A DNA stretch of 64,000 bases. Origin: Patescibacteria group bacterium. GTDB taxonomy: Bacteria; Patescibacteriota; Patescibacteriia; Magasanikbacterales; GWA2-37-8. Positions 44,102 to 54,995 of the stretch are shown one piece after another (positions within the stretch are counted from its first letter, which is position 1; each line of letters begins with the position of its first letter). The notes under the pieces were generated by a model that saw only the letters and a program-made list of their open reading frames with translations, had not been told where the DNA came from and ran no database searches. Where the stretch lies: NCBI GenBank assembly GCA_041661385.1, contig JBAZUP010000001.1:704907-768906 (forward strand), given 5' to 3'. A program made the translations under genes and the position numbers.

Positions 44102-47100
44102 TTGACTATGCCTCCAATTTTTAAACACCGCCGGGTTAAAAATGCTGAGCGCAAATTCTTATCGCCTGTCAGCACCATGCCGACCCCGGATCTCATCGAG
44201 ATCCAAAAAAACTCTTACGACTGGTTTTTGAAATACGGTATCAAGGAACTTTTTGATGAAGTTTCTCCGATTACTGATTTTACCGGCCGCGACCTTGAGC
44301 TTTACATGGAAGATTATTATTTGGACGAACCGCGTTTTGACGAAAAGACTTGCCGCGAACGAAATATTACTTTCGAAGCTCCGCTGCGTGTTACCACCAG
44401 ACTTTCCAACAAACGAACTGCTAAAAGTAAATCACAAGAAATTTATCTTGGTGACGTACCGGTCATGACCGAACGCGGAACTTTTGTTATTAACGGTATC
44501 GAGCGTGTTGTTGTTTCTCAGCTCATCCGCAGTGCCGGTGCTTTCTTCACCGCTGAAAATGTTCGTGGTCGCCGCTACTACGGAGCCAAAATTATTCCGA
44601 ATCGCGGTGCTTGGATCGAAATTGAAACCGACCAGAACAATGTTATCTGGATTAAGGTTGATCGCAAGCGTAAAGTTGCTGCCACTTCACTACTTCGCGC
44701 TTTTGGTCACGAAACCGACGAAAAATTAATGGAACTTTTCAAGGATGTAAACAATCATCCTAATATTGATTTTGTAGATGCGACTATCAAGAAAGATCTC
44801 GCCAAAAATATGGACGAAGGTCTTATTGAAGTTTATAAGAGAATTAGACCTGGCGACCTCGCTACTGCTGATAACGCCAAGAGTCTTATTTACGCCATGT
44901 TTTTCAATTTTGAACGTTATGATCTCGGTCGCGTCGGTGTCTATAAATTCAATACCAAATTTGATTTGAATTATACCGCCGAAGATTACGAGAAAAAAGA
45001 AAATCGCATTTTGTCCGCTGAAAAATTATTGCTTGTTTTGAAAGAAGTTGTTCGTTTGAATATCTCTCAAGATGAACCGGATGATGTTGACCACCTTGGC
45101 AATCGCCGCGTACGCGCCGTGGGTGAGCTTACCCAAAATCGTTTTCGCGTCGGTCTTGCTCGTATGGAGCGTATCATCAAGGACCGCATGAGCACTTATG
45201 AATTAGAACAGCTCACTCCAAACAAGCTTATCAATGCTCGCCCGGTTACTTCGGCCATCCGCGAGTTCTTCATGAGTTCACAACTTTCGCAATTCATGGA
45301 TCAAACCAACCCGCTCGCTGAACTTGAACACAAGCGCCGTCTTTCGGCTCTTGGACCTGGTGGTTTATCTCGTGATCGCGCCGGCTTCGAAGTGCGTGAT
45401 GTGCATACCACTCACTATGGCCGCATTTGCCCGATCGCCACTCCAGAAGGTCCGAATATCGGTCTTGTTAACCATTTATCCAGTTTTGCCCGTATCAATG
45501 AATTTGGTTTTATTGAAACTCCTTACCGCAAAGTTTTGCGCGAAGTAGAAAACAATCCAAAACTTACCGAAGGTGAAATACTTCGCGGTGAAGTTGGCGG
45601 TTTTAAAAATGATACCGAAATTACCAAAGAAGTTGCTGAAAAACTTGGAAAATTAAAACTCAAAACAATTCCAGTAAAACCTCGTCTCACAAGTGAGATA
45701 GTTTACATGAATTCTTTCAAAGAAGAAAAAATTATTTCTTCATCCGCTAGTGTAAAAACAGACGCGAAAGGCTACTTCACACAGGAAAGCGTACCAGCGA
45801 GACGTTTCAGTCATGCTGGCGTTGCCAACACTGTTGATCTTGAATATGTCGACGTTGCTTCCAATCAAATTGTCAGCATCGCGACCTCTTGTATTCCTTT
45901 CCTTGAACACGACGACGCGACCCGCGCTCTCATGGGTACAAACATGCAGCGCCAAGCGGTGCCTTGTATTCGCCCAGAAGCGCCATTTGTCGGTACTGGT
46001 ATGGAACGCGAAGCCGCTTTGTATTCAGGCCACATGGTAGTAGCCGAAGCAGATGGTGAAATTACTGAAGTAGACGGCAGTCATATTGTGCTTACATCTA
46101 AAAAGGGCGACAAGCACACTTATCATTTAAATAAATTCAAACGATCTAATCATTCCACTTGTATCGATCAGCATCCAGTTGTTGATTTGGGAGAAAAAGT
46201 TAAAAAAGGTCAGCCGCTTTCCGATGGTCCTTCCATTCGTGAAGGTGAAGTTGCTCTTGGTCAGAATGTGTTGGTCGCTTATATGGTTTGGGATGGTTTC
46301 AACTACGAAGACGCGGTCATTATTTCCGAACGTCTTGTTCAGGCGAACGGCTACAGCTCAATCCATATTGAAGATTATACAATTGATGTTTCTGAAACTA
46401 AGCTTGGACCGGAAGTAGTAACATCTGACATTCCAAACGTTAGTGAAGAAAAATTAAAGAATCTCGATAGCGAAGGTATTATCCGCATTGGCGCCGAAGT
46501 AAAATCCGGCGACATTTTGGTGGGTAAGATTACTCCTAAAGGTGAAACTGAACTTTCTCCAGAAGAAAGATTACTTCGCGCCATCTTTGGTGACAAAGCC
46601 CGCGATGTTCGCGATTCATCTTTGTATTTAGAACACGGTGAACACGGCAAGGTTATCGATATTAAAATCTTCTCATCAGAAAATGGTGACAAGCTTGAAC
46701 CGGGAGTTATTAAACAAGTTCAAGTAACAGTTGCTGACTTGCGCAAAATTCAAGTTGGCGACAAGATGGCCGGTCGTCATGGAAACAAAGGTGTCGTATC
46801 TAAAGTTGTTCCAGTTGAAGAAATGCCTTTCCTTGAAGACGGTACTCCGGTTGATATCATTCTTTCACCGCTCGGTGTTATTTCCCGTATGAACCTCGGA
46901 CAGCTCCTCGAAACCCACCTTGGGCTTGCAGCGAACGCCCTTGGTTATAAGGCCGCTACTCCGGTTTTGAACGGTATTACCGAAGAACAAATCAAAGAAG
47001 AATTAAAGAAAGCTGGCTTCCCGACCAACGGACAAGTCCAACTTTTTGATGGTCGCACCGGTGAATCATTCGATCACCAGACCACCATCGGCTATAACTA

Positions 47101-47548
47101 CATGCTTAAACTCAACCACATGGTTGAAGACAAGATCCACCAACGCTCTATTGGTCCTTACAGTCTTATTACTCAGCAACCGCTCGGTGGTAAAGCTCAG
47201 TTTGGTGGCCAGCGTTTCGGTGAAATGGAAGTTTGGGCACTTGAAGCTTATGGCGCCGCGCACACTTTGCAAGAAATGATCACTATTAAATCTGATGATG
47301 TCCAAGGCCGCTCTAAAGCTTATGAAGCTATTATTAAGGGTGAAACGGTAAATAAAGTAAATTTGCCGGAATCATTTAATGTATTAGTACGCGAATTAAA
47401 AGGTTTAGGACTTGATGTAGAACTTCTACGCCAGTCTGAATCAGGCGAATATCGCCCCGCAGCAGAAGTCGACGCTGAGGAACAAAAAATGAAGAAAACG
47501 GATGAGATCGTGAGCGAAACGGAAGCCTCCGCAGCAGAACAGAAATAA
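44102..47548 (+). CDS. rpoB: DNA-directed RNA polymerase subunit beta
   Basis: 1148 aa with strong, unambiguous RpoB conservation (for example GNRRVR..GEL, NPLAELEHKRRLSALGPGGL, MGTNMQRQAVP, GDKMAGRHGNKGV). Confidence 0.97.
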   Translation: MTMPPIFKHRRVKNAERKFLSPVSTMPTPDLIEIQKNSYDWFLKYGIKELFDEVSPITDFTGRDLELYMEDYYLDEPRFDEKTCRERNITFEAPLRVTTRLSNKRTAKSKSQEIYLGDVPVMTERGTFVINGIERVVVSQLIRSAGAFFTAENVRGRRYYGAKIIPNRGAWIEIETDQNNVIWIKVDRKRKVAATSLLRAFGHETDEKLMELFKDVNNHPNIDFVDATIKKDLAKNMDEGLIEVYKRIRPGDLATADNAKSLIYAMFFNFERYDLGRVGVYKFNTKFDLNYTAEDYEKKENRILSAEKLLLVLKEVVRLNISQDEPDDVDHLGNRRVRAVGELTQNRFRVGLARMERIIKDRMSTYELEQLTPNKLINARPVTSAIREFFMSSQLSQFMDQTNPLAELEHKRRLSALGPGGLSRDRAGFEVRDVHTTHYGRICPIATPEGPNIGLVNHLSSFARINEFGFIETPYRKVLREVENNPKLTEGEILRGEVGGFKNDTEITKEVAEKLGKLKLKTIPVKPRLTSEIVYMNSFKEEKIISSSASVKTDAKGYFTQESVPARRFSHAGVANTVDLEYVDVASNQIVSIATSCIPFLEHDDATRALMGTNMQRQAVPCIRPEAPFVGTGMEREAALYSGHMVVAEADGEITEVDGSHIVLTSKKGDKHTYHLNKFKRSNHSTCIDQHPVVDLGEKVKKGQPLSDGPSIREGEVALGQNVLVAYMVWDGFNYEDAVIISERLVQANGYSSIHIEDYTIDVSETKLGPEVVTSDIPNVSEEKLKNLDSEGIIRIGAEVKSGDILVGKITPKGETELSPEERLLRAIFGDKARDVRDSSLYLEHGEHGKVIDIKIFSSENGDKLEPGVIKQVQVTVADLRKIQVGDKMAGRHGNKGVVSKVVPVEEMPFLEDGTPVDIILSPLGVISRMNLGQLLETHLGLAANALGYKAATPVLNGITEEQIKEELKKAGFPTNGQVQLFDGRTGESFDHQTTIGYNYMLKLNHMVEDKIHQRSIGPYSLITQQPLGGKAQFGGQRFGEMEVWALEAYGAAHTLQEMITIKSDDVQGRSKAYEAIIKGETVNKVNLPESFNVLVRELKGLGLDVELLRQSESGEYRPAAEVDAEEQKMKKTDEIVSETEASAAEQK

Positions 47549-47559
47549 TTCTTCATCTA

Positions 47560-50500
47560 TTGAAATATAAATATATGTCTCGAGATCAATTACATTCCAT
47601 GGAGTTCGACGCCATTCGCTTGAAACTTGCTTCCCCGGAAATTATCCGCGGCTGGTCATATGGTGAAGTTTCAAAACCAGAAACCATTAACTATCGCACT
47701 CAAAAACCTGAAAAGGGTGGTCTGTTTGCGGAAGAAATTTTTGGACCGGTAAAAGATTGGGAATGCTACTGTGGAAAATATAAAAAGATTCGTTATAAAA
47801 ATATCGTTTGTGACAAATGTGGAGTAGAAGTTACTCATTCTCTCGTACGCCGTGAACGCATGGGCCATATTGAGCTCGTTGCTCCGGCCGCCCACATTTG
47901 GTTCCTCCGCTCAGTGCCTTCCAAAGTTGGTTTGGTTCTCGATCTTTCCGCTCAATCACTTGAAAAAGTTATTTATTTTGCTTCATTCATTATCACTCAT
48001 GTTGATGAAGATGCAAAAAAAGAAACTCATGATTTGCTCCGTCAGGAATATAAGAGCAAGAAAAAGCAAATTGAAAATGAGTATGAGCGCGAAATAAAAG
48101 AAGCCCAGGATAAAAAGGCTGCCCAAGGCGCTCTTGATAAGGTTCGTGAATCTGCCGACGCAAAGCGCGAAGCGCTCGACGCCGATTTTGATTCTGCTGA
48201 AAAAGAATTGAAAGAATTACAAGTGATGCGCATTGTATCTGAAAATCGTTATCAGGAATTGTCACTTCGCTATGGACACCTTTTTGAAGCTTCAATCGGT
48301 GCCGAAGCGATTCACAATTTGCTCAACCGCATCAATTTAGAAGAAACTATTAAAAAATTAAATTTAGAACAGCAAAGTTCTAAAGGTGCAAAACTGGAAC
48401 GCATTATTCGCCGCAAGAAACTTTTGAAGAGTTTAGCGATGAATAAGATTCGCCCGGAATGGATGATCATGAAAAATATTCCGGTTATTCCTCCTGATCT
48501 TCGCCCGATGGTCGCTCTTGATGGTGGACGTTTTGCCACTTCAGATTTAAATGATTTATACCGCCGCGTTATCAACCGCAACAACCGCTTGCGCCGTCTT
48601 CTTGAGCTTGATGCTCCGGAAGTAATTTGCCGCAATGAAAAACGCATGTTGCAGGAAGCGGTCGACGCGCTTATTGATAATAATGCCCGTCACGCCAAAA
48701 CTGTTACTGCTTCTACCGGTCAAAAGCGCCAACTCCGTTCTCTTGCTGACATCCTTAAAGGTAAGCAAGGTCGTTTCCGCCAGAACCTCTTAGGTAAGCG
48801 CGTCGACTATTCCGGTCGTTCCGTTATCGTCGTCGGTCCGCAGCTTAATATTGATGAATGTGGTTTGCCAAAACGCATGGCTCTTGAACTCTTCAAACCA
48901 TTTATCATGAGTCAGATTATCAAGCGTGAACTCGCTCACAATGTCCGCAGTGCGAGCCGCTTTATTGAATCTGAAGCCGATGAAGTTTGGGACATTTTAG
49001 AAGAATTAACCAAAACCACCCGCGTGCTTCTTAACCGCGCTCCGACTTTGCACCGTCTTGGTATCCAAGCTTTCCACCCTCGTCTTGTTGAAGGTAAGGC
49101 TATTCAGCTTCACCCGCTCGTTTGTACCGCGTTTAACGCCGACTTCGACGGTGACCAAATGGCTGTCCACCTGCCGCTGACTGCTGAGGCCCGCGAAGAA
49201 GCTGAGACTCTCATGGCTTCTGAAAAAAATCTCTTGAAACCTGCCACCGGTCAACCAGTAATTACTCCAAAGCAAGATATCGCGCTCGGTTGTTTTTATC
49301 TCACCATGTATAAGATGGATGATAAGGGTGAAGTAAAAAGATTTTTTGGTTCTGAAAAAGAAGCAACCTTTGCTTACAAGAGCCGCCAAATCACTCTTCA
49401 TGAGCGTATCAAGGTGCGATTTACAAATATGGAAAAGTTCCCGGAAGGAACCGACAAGATGATTGAAACATCGGTTGGCCGTATTTTCTTCAATGAAATT
49501 ATTCCTTCTAAACTTCCTTATTACAATGAAACCATCAATGTAAAAAAACTTGGTGCTATCATTCGTCTTTGTCTCGAAATTTACGGACAAGGTGAAACAG
49601 CAACCTACCTTGATGATCTGAAAAATCTTGGTTACCGATATGTTACCAAATCCGGCTTCTCACTCGGTATGGATGATTTCCCAAAGATTGTGGAAAAGCC
49701 AGCTCATATTGCCGATGGTGACATGAAGATTAAAGAAATGGAAGAGCAGTTCGCTGAAGGTTTACTCACTGCGAGCGAACGCCACGCCAGAATTCTTGAA
49801 ATTTGGACTGAAACCAAAGATAAGATTATTGCCAACAACAAAACTATTTTGAATAAAAATGGTCCTGTCTATGCCATGATTGACTCTGGTGCCCGTGGTA
49901 CCTACGGCCAGCTTGGCCAGGTCATGGGTATGAAAGGTTTGGTCGTGTCGCCATCCGGTGACATTATCGAACTTCCGATCAAGGGCAACTTCAAAGAAGG
50001 TTTCGATGTGCTTGAATACTTCATTTCTTCTCACGGTACTCGCAAGGGTCTTTCCGATACGGCTTTGCGTACTGCGAATGCCGGTTATCTTACGCGTCGC
50101 TTGGTTGATGTTTCACAAGACGTTATTATCGTTGAAGAAGATTGTGGAGACGACATTGGTGAAATTATCAACGCCGAGCAATCCAAACAAATGGGTGAAA
50201 AATTGTCTGATCGTGTTTGGAGTCGTTATGTTATTGAACCTATCAAGGTTGGAAATAAAGTTATTGTAAAAGCCGGAGAAGCCGTAGACGACAAGGCTGC
50301 TCGCCTCGTAGAAGAACATGATATTAAAGAAGTAAGAGTACGATCCCTGCTCGCTTGCCGATTACCAAAAGCGGTTTGCCGCAAATGTTACGGTTATGAT
50401 CTCTCAAGTAATGGTGAGGTTGCTATGGGCACGGCAGTTGGTATCATCGCAGCTCAATCCATCGGTGAACCTGGTACTCAGCTTACCCTTCGTACTTTCC

Positions 50501-51453
50501 ATACTGGTGGTGCGGCTGGTGGTGCCGATATTACCCAAGGTTTGCCGCGTGTAGAAGAATTATTTGAAGTTCGCACTCCAAAACACCAAGCGGTATTGTC
50601 GGAGGTCGCCGGTACTCTTGAAATTGAAGATGCGGACGGTAAGATTGTTACTTCGCCGACCGGAAAAAAGATCTTTGAAGGACGCCGCGGTCAAAAGATT
50701 GTTAAGGTGCATTTTGAAGGCATGGATGAAATGAAGATCAAAGTAAAATCTGAAGACGAAATATTGGTAAAAGATGGCGCTGAAGTAAATACCGACGATG
50801 TGCTCGTAGTACGCGGCTCTTCTGGTGAAGAAATCAAAGCCAAATATACCGGCAAGGTTAAAGTCACCAAAACCACCGTCAGTCTTGAATACAACGGTCC
50901 GCGTGTCCGCGAATATATTATTCCGCTGGGTTATAAGATTCTTGCCAAAGCCGGTGAAAAGGTTGAAAAAGGTCAACAACTCACCGACGGCAGTATTAAT
51001 CTCCAGGAGTTATTTGAACTCCGTGGCCGCCCTGCCGTACAGCGCTATGTGCTCGAAGAAGTACAAAGCATATATTCTTCACAAGGTCAGAAAGTTAACG
51101 ACAAGCACGTTGAACTTATTATCCGCCAGATGTTCAGTCGTGTTTATGTTGAAGATGCTTGCGATACCGATCTTCTGCCGGGTGAAATTGTTGAAAAGTC
51201 TCAACTTGAACTGAGTAACCGCCAGGCCAAAAAAGACGGTACCAAGCCGGCGATTGCCCGCGAATTACTTCTTGGTATCAGTAAGGTTGCTCTTTCCACT
51301 CAGAGCTTCCTCTCGGCTGCATCCTTCCAAGAGACTGCTCGCATTCTTATCAATACTGCCTCGACCGGCAAAATTGATTATCTCGAGGGTCTTAAAGAAA
51401 ATGTTATTATCGGCCGCCTCATTCCAGTCGGTACCGGATACAAAAAAGCTTAA
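47560..51453 (+). CDS. rpoC: DNA-directed RNA polymerase subunit beta'
   Basis: 1297 aa; Zn-binding CYCGKY...CDKCGVEV, NADFDGDQMAVH catalytic motif, trigger loop and so on. Alternative start at 47575 (MSRDQL). Confidence 0.97.
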   Translation: MKYKYMSRDQLHSMEFDAIRLKLASPEIIRGWSYGEVSKPETINYRTQKPEKGGLFAEEIFGPVKDWECYCGKYKKIRYKNIVCDKCGVEVTHSLVRRERMGHIELVAPAAHIWFLRSVPSKVGLVLDLSAQSLEKVIYFASFIITHVDEDAKKETHDLLRQEYKSKKKQIENEYEREIKEAQDKKAAQGALDKVRESADAKREALDADFDSAEKELKELQVMRIVSENRYQELSLRYGHLFEASIGAEAIHNLLNRINLEETIKKLNLEQQSSKGAKLERIIRRKKLLKSLAMNKIRPEWMIMKNIPVIPPDLRPMVALDGGRFATSDLNDLYRRVINRNNRLRRLLELDAPEVICRNEKRMLQEAVDALIDNNARHAKTVTASTGQKRQLRSLADILKGKQGRFRQNLLGKRVDYSGRSVIVVGPQLNIDECGLPKRMALELFKPFIMSQIIKRELAHNVRSASRFIESEADEVWDILEELTKTTRVLLNRAPTLHRLGIQAFHPRLVEGKAIQLHPLVCTAFNADFDGDQMAVHLPLTAEAREEAETLMASEKNLLKPATGQPVITPKQDIALGCFYLTMYKMDDKGEVKRFFGSEKEATFAYKSRQITLHERIKVRFTNMEKFPEGTDKMIETSVGRIFFNEIIPSKLPYYNETINVKKLGAIIRLCLEIYGQGETATYLDDLKNLGYRYVTKSGFSLGMDDFPKIVEKPAHIADGDMKIKEMEEQFAEGLLTASERHARILEIWTETKDKIIANNKTILNKNGPVYAMIDSGARGTYGQLGQVMGMKGLVVSPSGDIIELPIKGNFKEGFDVLEYFISSHGTRKGLSDTALRTANAGYLTRRLVDVSQDVIIVEEDCGDDIGEIINAEQSKQMGEKLSDRVWSRYVIEPIKVGNKVIVKAGEAVDDKAARLVEEHDIKEVRVRSLLACRLPKAVCRKCYGYDLSSNGEVAMGTAVGIIAAQSIGEPGTQLTLRTFHTGGAAGGADITQGLPRVEELFEVRTPKHQAVLSEVAGTLEIEDADGKIVTSPTGKKIFEGRRGQKIVKVHFEGMDEMKIKVKSEDEILVKDGAEVNTDDVLVVRGSSGEEIKAKYTGKVKVTKTTVSLEYNGPRVREYIIPLGYKILAKAGEKVEKGQQLTDGSINLQELFELRGRPAVQRYVLEEVQSIYSSQGQKVNDKHVELIIRQMFSRVYVEDACDTDLLPGEIVEKSQLELSNRQAKKDGTKPAIARELLLGISKVALSTQSFLSAASFQETARILINTASTGKIDYLEGLKENVIIGRLIPVGTGYKKA

Positions 51454-51467
51454 AAATTTTGAACAAA

Positions 51468-51496
51468 AACCCCCGCCGCAAGCGGGGGTTTTTTAG
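51468..51496 (+). terminator. rho-independent terminator after rpoC
   Basis: aacccccgc-cgcaa-gcgggggtttttt. Confidence 0.8.
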
Positions 51497-51551
51497 TTGA
51501 CATTACAGTTGGCGCAGGCTATATTTAATTCATAACTTCTAATTATTTTTT

Positions 51552-52130
51552 ATGCCTTACGAACCAAAAAATTATGAACGCCTGCTTGGAACAGCGGGTT
51601 TTAGCGATCAACTCCTGAAAAACCATTTCACGCTTTACGGCGGTTATGTAACAAATGCCAATAAATTGTCAGAAACACTCGCAAATTATGCGAAGGAGGG
51701 CAAGGGCGGAACGCCGGAGTATGCGGAAATGAAACGCCGCTTTGGCTGGGAGTTCGACGGTATGCGCCTTCATGAATTATACTTTGAAAATATGGTGAAA
51801 GACGGCAGTTTGCCGGGAAGCAAATCCGATTTATTCCAAAAAATTGAAAAGGATTTCGGCAGTTTCGAAATGTGGGAAAAAGATTTTCGTGCCACGGGTG
51901 CGATGCGCGGCATCGGCTGGGCGATTTTATATTTTGATGCTGAGGCAGACCGGTTATTTAACGTCTGGATAAACGAGCACGACACCGGACACTTTGCCGG
52001 ATGTAAACCGCTTCTTGTTATGGATGTATTTGAACACGCCTTTATGCTAGATTACGGCACCAAGCGCGCCGATTATATTGAAGCTTTTTTTAAAGCGATA
52101 GATTGGGAAGTAGTGGAAAAAAGAGTATAG
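51552..52130 (+). CDS. sodA: Fe/Mn superoxide dismutase family protein (divergent)
   Basis: C-terminal DVFEHAFMLDYG..RADYIEAFFKAIDWEVV matches the SOD signature D-x-W-E-H-[STA]-[FY]2. N-terminal ligand region present but divergent (NHFTLYGGYVTN lacks the second His pair). Confidence 0.7.
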   Translation: MPYEPKNYERLLGTAGFSDQLLKNHFTLYGGYVTNANKLSETLANYAKEGKGGTPEYAEMKRRFGWEFDGMRLHELYFENMVKDGSLPGSKSDLFQKIEKDFGSFEMWEKDFRATGAMRGIGWAILYFDAEADRLFNVWINEHDTGHFAGCKPLLVMDVFEHAFMLDYGTKRADYIEAFFKAIDWEVVEKRV

Positions 52131-52142
52131 CTTACTAAGTCA

Positions 52143-52170
52143 AAAACCCTTCAGAAATGAAGGGTTTTTT
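52143..52170 (+). terminator. rho-independent terminator after sod
   Basis: aaacccttc-agaaat-gaagggtttttt. Confidence 0.75.
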
Positions 52171-52172
52171 AA

Positions 52173-53303
52173 TTGACCGAAGCGAGTTTTTATAGTAAAT
52201 TAAAGGAAAATACCGTTATGAAAATAAGGAATATATTAATGATATTATCATTTGGGGTGCTGCTTACAGCAGTTGCCACTCTTATTTTTTTTAACGAAAC
52301 CAAAGGAGTTGAGTCAGAACAAAGATCGGCCAGTTCTAAACCAATGATTTCAGAAAAAATAATAGTTCCGGAGACAAAAAAAATAGTTGAAGAGGAACCT
52401 GTTCAAACTCGAGTCAGGTTTTATGGCGATCTCATGATAGATCGGTCGGTCGCTGTGAAAATGGGCTCACGGGGTCTTGATTATATCTTTGAAAAAGTCA
52501 GCTCTACTAAAGATTTTTTTGGCGGTACAGATATTTTGGTGGCGAATTTGGAAGGACCTTTTGCGGAAAAAAGAATCTCTACTTCCAAATCAATTGCCTT
52601 TCGGTTTGATCCCAAATTTGCGGTGGAATTAAAAAAATACGGATTTACGGCCTTCAATTTAGCAAACAATCACAGTTACGACATGGGAAGTAAAAATGTT
52701 GTTTTTACTCGGGACCTGCTAACGAAAAATAATCTTGGTTGGTTTGGTGACGAACTAAACGAGGGACAAGCGTATACTTTTCAAACTACCACCACAGCGG
52801 GTATAAAAATTGCTTTTTTGGGTTTGCATAACACCTATCATAAATTGGATTTAAAAAAAGTTTCGGAAGCATTAGCCGCTGCTAAAAGTTCCGCAGATTA
52901 TGTTATAGTTAATGTTCATTGGGGAGAAGAGTATTGGACAAATTCAAATGCTAAACAACAAAATTTGGCGCACTGGCTTATTGATAATGGCGCCGATGCA
53001 ATTATTGGCCATCATCCCCATGTAATTCAAGAAATTGAAATCTATAAAGATAGGCCAATTTTTTATTCTTTGGGTAATTTATTTTTCGATCAATACTTTT
53101 CAGTTCCGACTCAAAACGGACTAGGTGTGACTTTGGTTTTGTCAGAAGGTAAAATAAAACAAGCTGAAGTAGTTCCATTTGTTGGTGTGAATTCACAATT
53201 AAACCCAATGTCAGACCAGGAAAAAAATAAACTAGAGGACTGGTTAAATAAAAATAGCCGGTTAGGGGAAAGAAAAATTGTTGATTGGAAAATAATATTT
53301 TAA
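52173..53303 (+). CDS. CapA-family metallophosphatase-like protein (poly-gamma-glutamate synthesis or capsule family)
   Basis: N-terminal TM; CapA signatures FYGD.M.DR, GGTDILVANLEGP, FNLANNHSYDMG, and VHWGEEY. Confidence 0.6.
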   Translation: MTEASFYSKLKENTVMKIRNILMILSFGVLLTAVATLIFFNETKGVESEQRSASSKPMISEKIIVPETKKIVEEEPVQTRVRFYGDLMIDRSVAVKMGSRGLDYIFEKVSSTKDFFGGTDILVANLEGPFAEKRISTSKSIAFRFDPKFAVELKKYGFTAFNLANNHSYDMGSKNVVFTRDLLTKNNLGWFGDELNEGQAYTFQTTTTAGIKIAFLGLHNTYHKLDLKKVSEALAAAKSSADYVIVNVHWGEEYWTNSNAKQQNLAHWLIDNGADAIIGHHPHVIQEIEIYKDRPIFYSLGNLFFDQYFSVPTQNGLGVTLVLSEGKIKQAEVVPFVGVNSQLNPMSDQEKNKLEDWLNKNSRLGERKIVDWKIIF

Positions 53304-53304
53304 T

Positions 53305-54039
53305 ATGTCCGGACATTCAAAGTGGCACAATATCCAAGAAAGGAAGGGTAAGCAGGATGCACGGCGGAGCGGTCAGTTTACCAAAATGGCGAAATCTATC
53401 ACGGTAGCCGCCCAAAAGGGCGGCGGAGATATCACCATGAATTTTTCATTGCGCCTTGCGGTTGAAAAATCCAAAGCAGTCGGCATGCCTAAGGAAAATA
53501 TTGAACGCGCAATCAAGCGGGGAACGGGAGAGCTTAAAGACGGAATTCAAATGGAAGAAGCGCTGTACGAGGGGTTTGGTCCCGCCGGAGTCGCTATTCT
53601 TATTAAAGTCGTTACCGACAATAAAAATCGCGCGATATCGGATGTTAAGCATATTTTAAATGAACACGGCGGTAATATGGGAAGCGCGGGGAGTGTACAG
53701 TGGATGTTTCAGCAGTGGGGAATAATTGTTTTAAAAAATGAAGAAATGGCAAAGCTCGGCTTGCGTGATGAAGCTGAACTCGCACTTATCGAGCTAGGGG
53801 CGGAAGATATTCAGAACGGTGAAGAAGGGGAAATAGAAGTTAAGACTAAGGTTGAACACTTTCAGAAGTTGTTACTCGCTCTCAAAGAAAAAAATATTGA
53901 GATTAAAGATTCAGGTCTTAAACTTATTGCGAAAGATCTGATTACGGTTGATGAAGCGACTGAGAAAAAACTTAATGATCTTTTTGGCGCTTTTGAAGAA
54001 AATGATGACGTCGAAGATTATTTTACTAATGCTGCCTAA
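53305..54039 (+). CDS. yebC: YebC/PmpR family DNA-binding transcriptional regulator
   Basis: MSGHSKWHNIQ..KGKQDA.R...F.K....I..AA..GG.D...N..L at the N-terminus is diagnostic; 244 aa. Confidence 0.9.
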   Translation: MSGHSKWHNIQERKGKQDARRSGQFTKMAKSITVAAQKGGGDITMNFSLRLAVEKSKAVGMPKENIERAIKRGTGELKDGIQMEEALYEGFGPAGVAILIKVVTDNKNRAISDVKHILNEHGGNMGSAGSVQWMFQQWGIIVLKNEEMAKLGLRDEAELALIELGAEDIQNGEEGEIEVKTKVEHFQKLLLALKEKNIEIKDSGLKLIAKDLITVDEATEKKLNDLFGAFEENDDVEDYFTNAA

Positions 54040-54535
54040 TGTGAAAGAGAAAATATTGGGAATTGACCCTGGGTTTGGTCGGGTTGGTTACGGAATAATT
54101 GAGCAAAAAAGCAATAATGAATGGGTCGCGGTTGATTTTGGCTGTATAGTCACTTCGCCAAAAACTAGTTTTGTCGAGCGATTATTAGAAGTTAGAAATG
54201 AACTGCAAAAAATAATTATTGAACATCGTCCTACCCGGGTGGCAGTAGAGGAGTTATTTTTTTTCAAAAATGTTAAAACCGCCATTGAGGTTGGACAGGC
54301 GCGCGGGGTAATATTACTTACTGCGGTCGAAAGCGGTCTGCCGATTGATGAATTTACTCCGCTCCAGGTTAAGCAGGCGATGACCGGATATGGGCGCGCC
54401 GAAAAGAAGCAAATGCAGAAAATTGTGGCGGCAATTCTTGGTTTAAAAAAACCGATAAAATCCGATGATGCCGCCGACGCTCTTGCGGTTGCTCTTACTG
54501 CCGGCCAAAGTTTGTGGCACTCTAAATTAAAGTAA
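54029..54535 (+). CDS. ruvC: crossover junction endodeoxyribonuclease RuvC
   Basis: ILGIDPGFGRVGYGII..., catalytic Asp/Glu pattern, ...SDDAADALAVAL. Start taken at the ATG at 54029; the track's 53948 start overlaps yebC by 90 nt. Confidence 0.85.
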   Translation: MLPNVKEKILGIDPGFGRVGYGIIEQKSNNEWVAVDFGCIVTSPKTSFVERLLEVRNELQKIIIEHRPTRVAVEELFFFKNVKTAIEVGQARGVILLTAVESGLPIDEFTPLQVKQAMTGYGRAEKKQMQKIVAAILGLKKPIKSDDAADALAVALTAGQSLWHSKLK

Positions 54536-54536
54536 C

Positions 54537-54995
54537 ATGAAATTTGTTTTAGTTCTTCCTAATATTCGCAGTGCCCACAATGTGGGTGCGATGTTTAGGA
54601 CCGCTGATGGTGCGGGAGTTGATAAAATATTTATCACAGGGTTTACTCCTTGTCCGCCTCACCCCAAAGTTGATAAAGTTTCACTCGGCGCGGAAAAATG
54701 GGTTCCTTCTGAATATAGCAAAACCACCATGCCGCTTTTAAAAAAATTAAAAAAACAAGGTTTTACGGTGGTCGCCTTGGAACAAACCAAGCGGAGTGGT
54801 AGTATATATGCGTGGCAGCCAAAATTTCCGGTCGCACTGGTAGTTGGAAATGAGGTCACCGGAATAACGCCGAATATTTTAAAATATTGTGACGAGGCCG
54901 TTCACCTGCCAATGCGCGGCAAGAAAAAAAGCCTTAATGTCAGTATCGCGGCTGGGGTAGCCATTTATCATTTTGCCGAAAAATTACATCTATGA
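54537..54995 (+). CDS. SpoU/TrmH-class tRNA 2'-O-methyltransferase (TrmL-like)
   Basis: 152 aa, SPOUT knot motifs (NVGAMFRTADGAGV, LVVGNEVTGI, HLPMRG...SLNVSIAAGVAIY). Confidence 0.6.
   Translation: MKFVLVLPNIRSAHNVGAMFRTADGAGVDKIFITGFTPCPPHPKVDKVSLGAEKWVPSEYSKTTMPLLKKLKKQGFTVVALEQTKRSGSIYAWQPKFPVALVVGNEVTGITPNILKYCDEAVHLPMRGKKKSLNVSIAAGVAIYHFAEKLHL

Noticed and set aside
44253-51496. Numerous 60-190-aa ORFs in alternative frames and strands within rpoB and rpoC
   Set aside because: They are embedded in highly conserved long CDSs and are frame artefacts.
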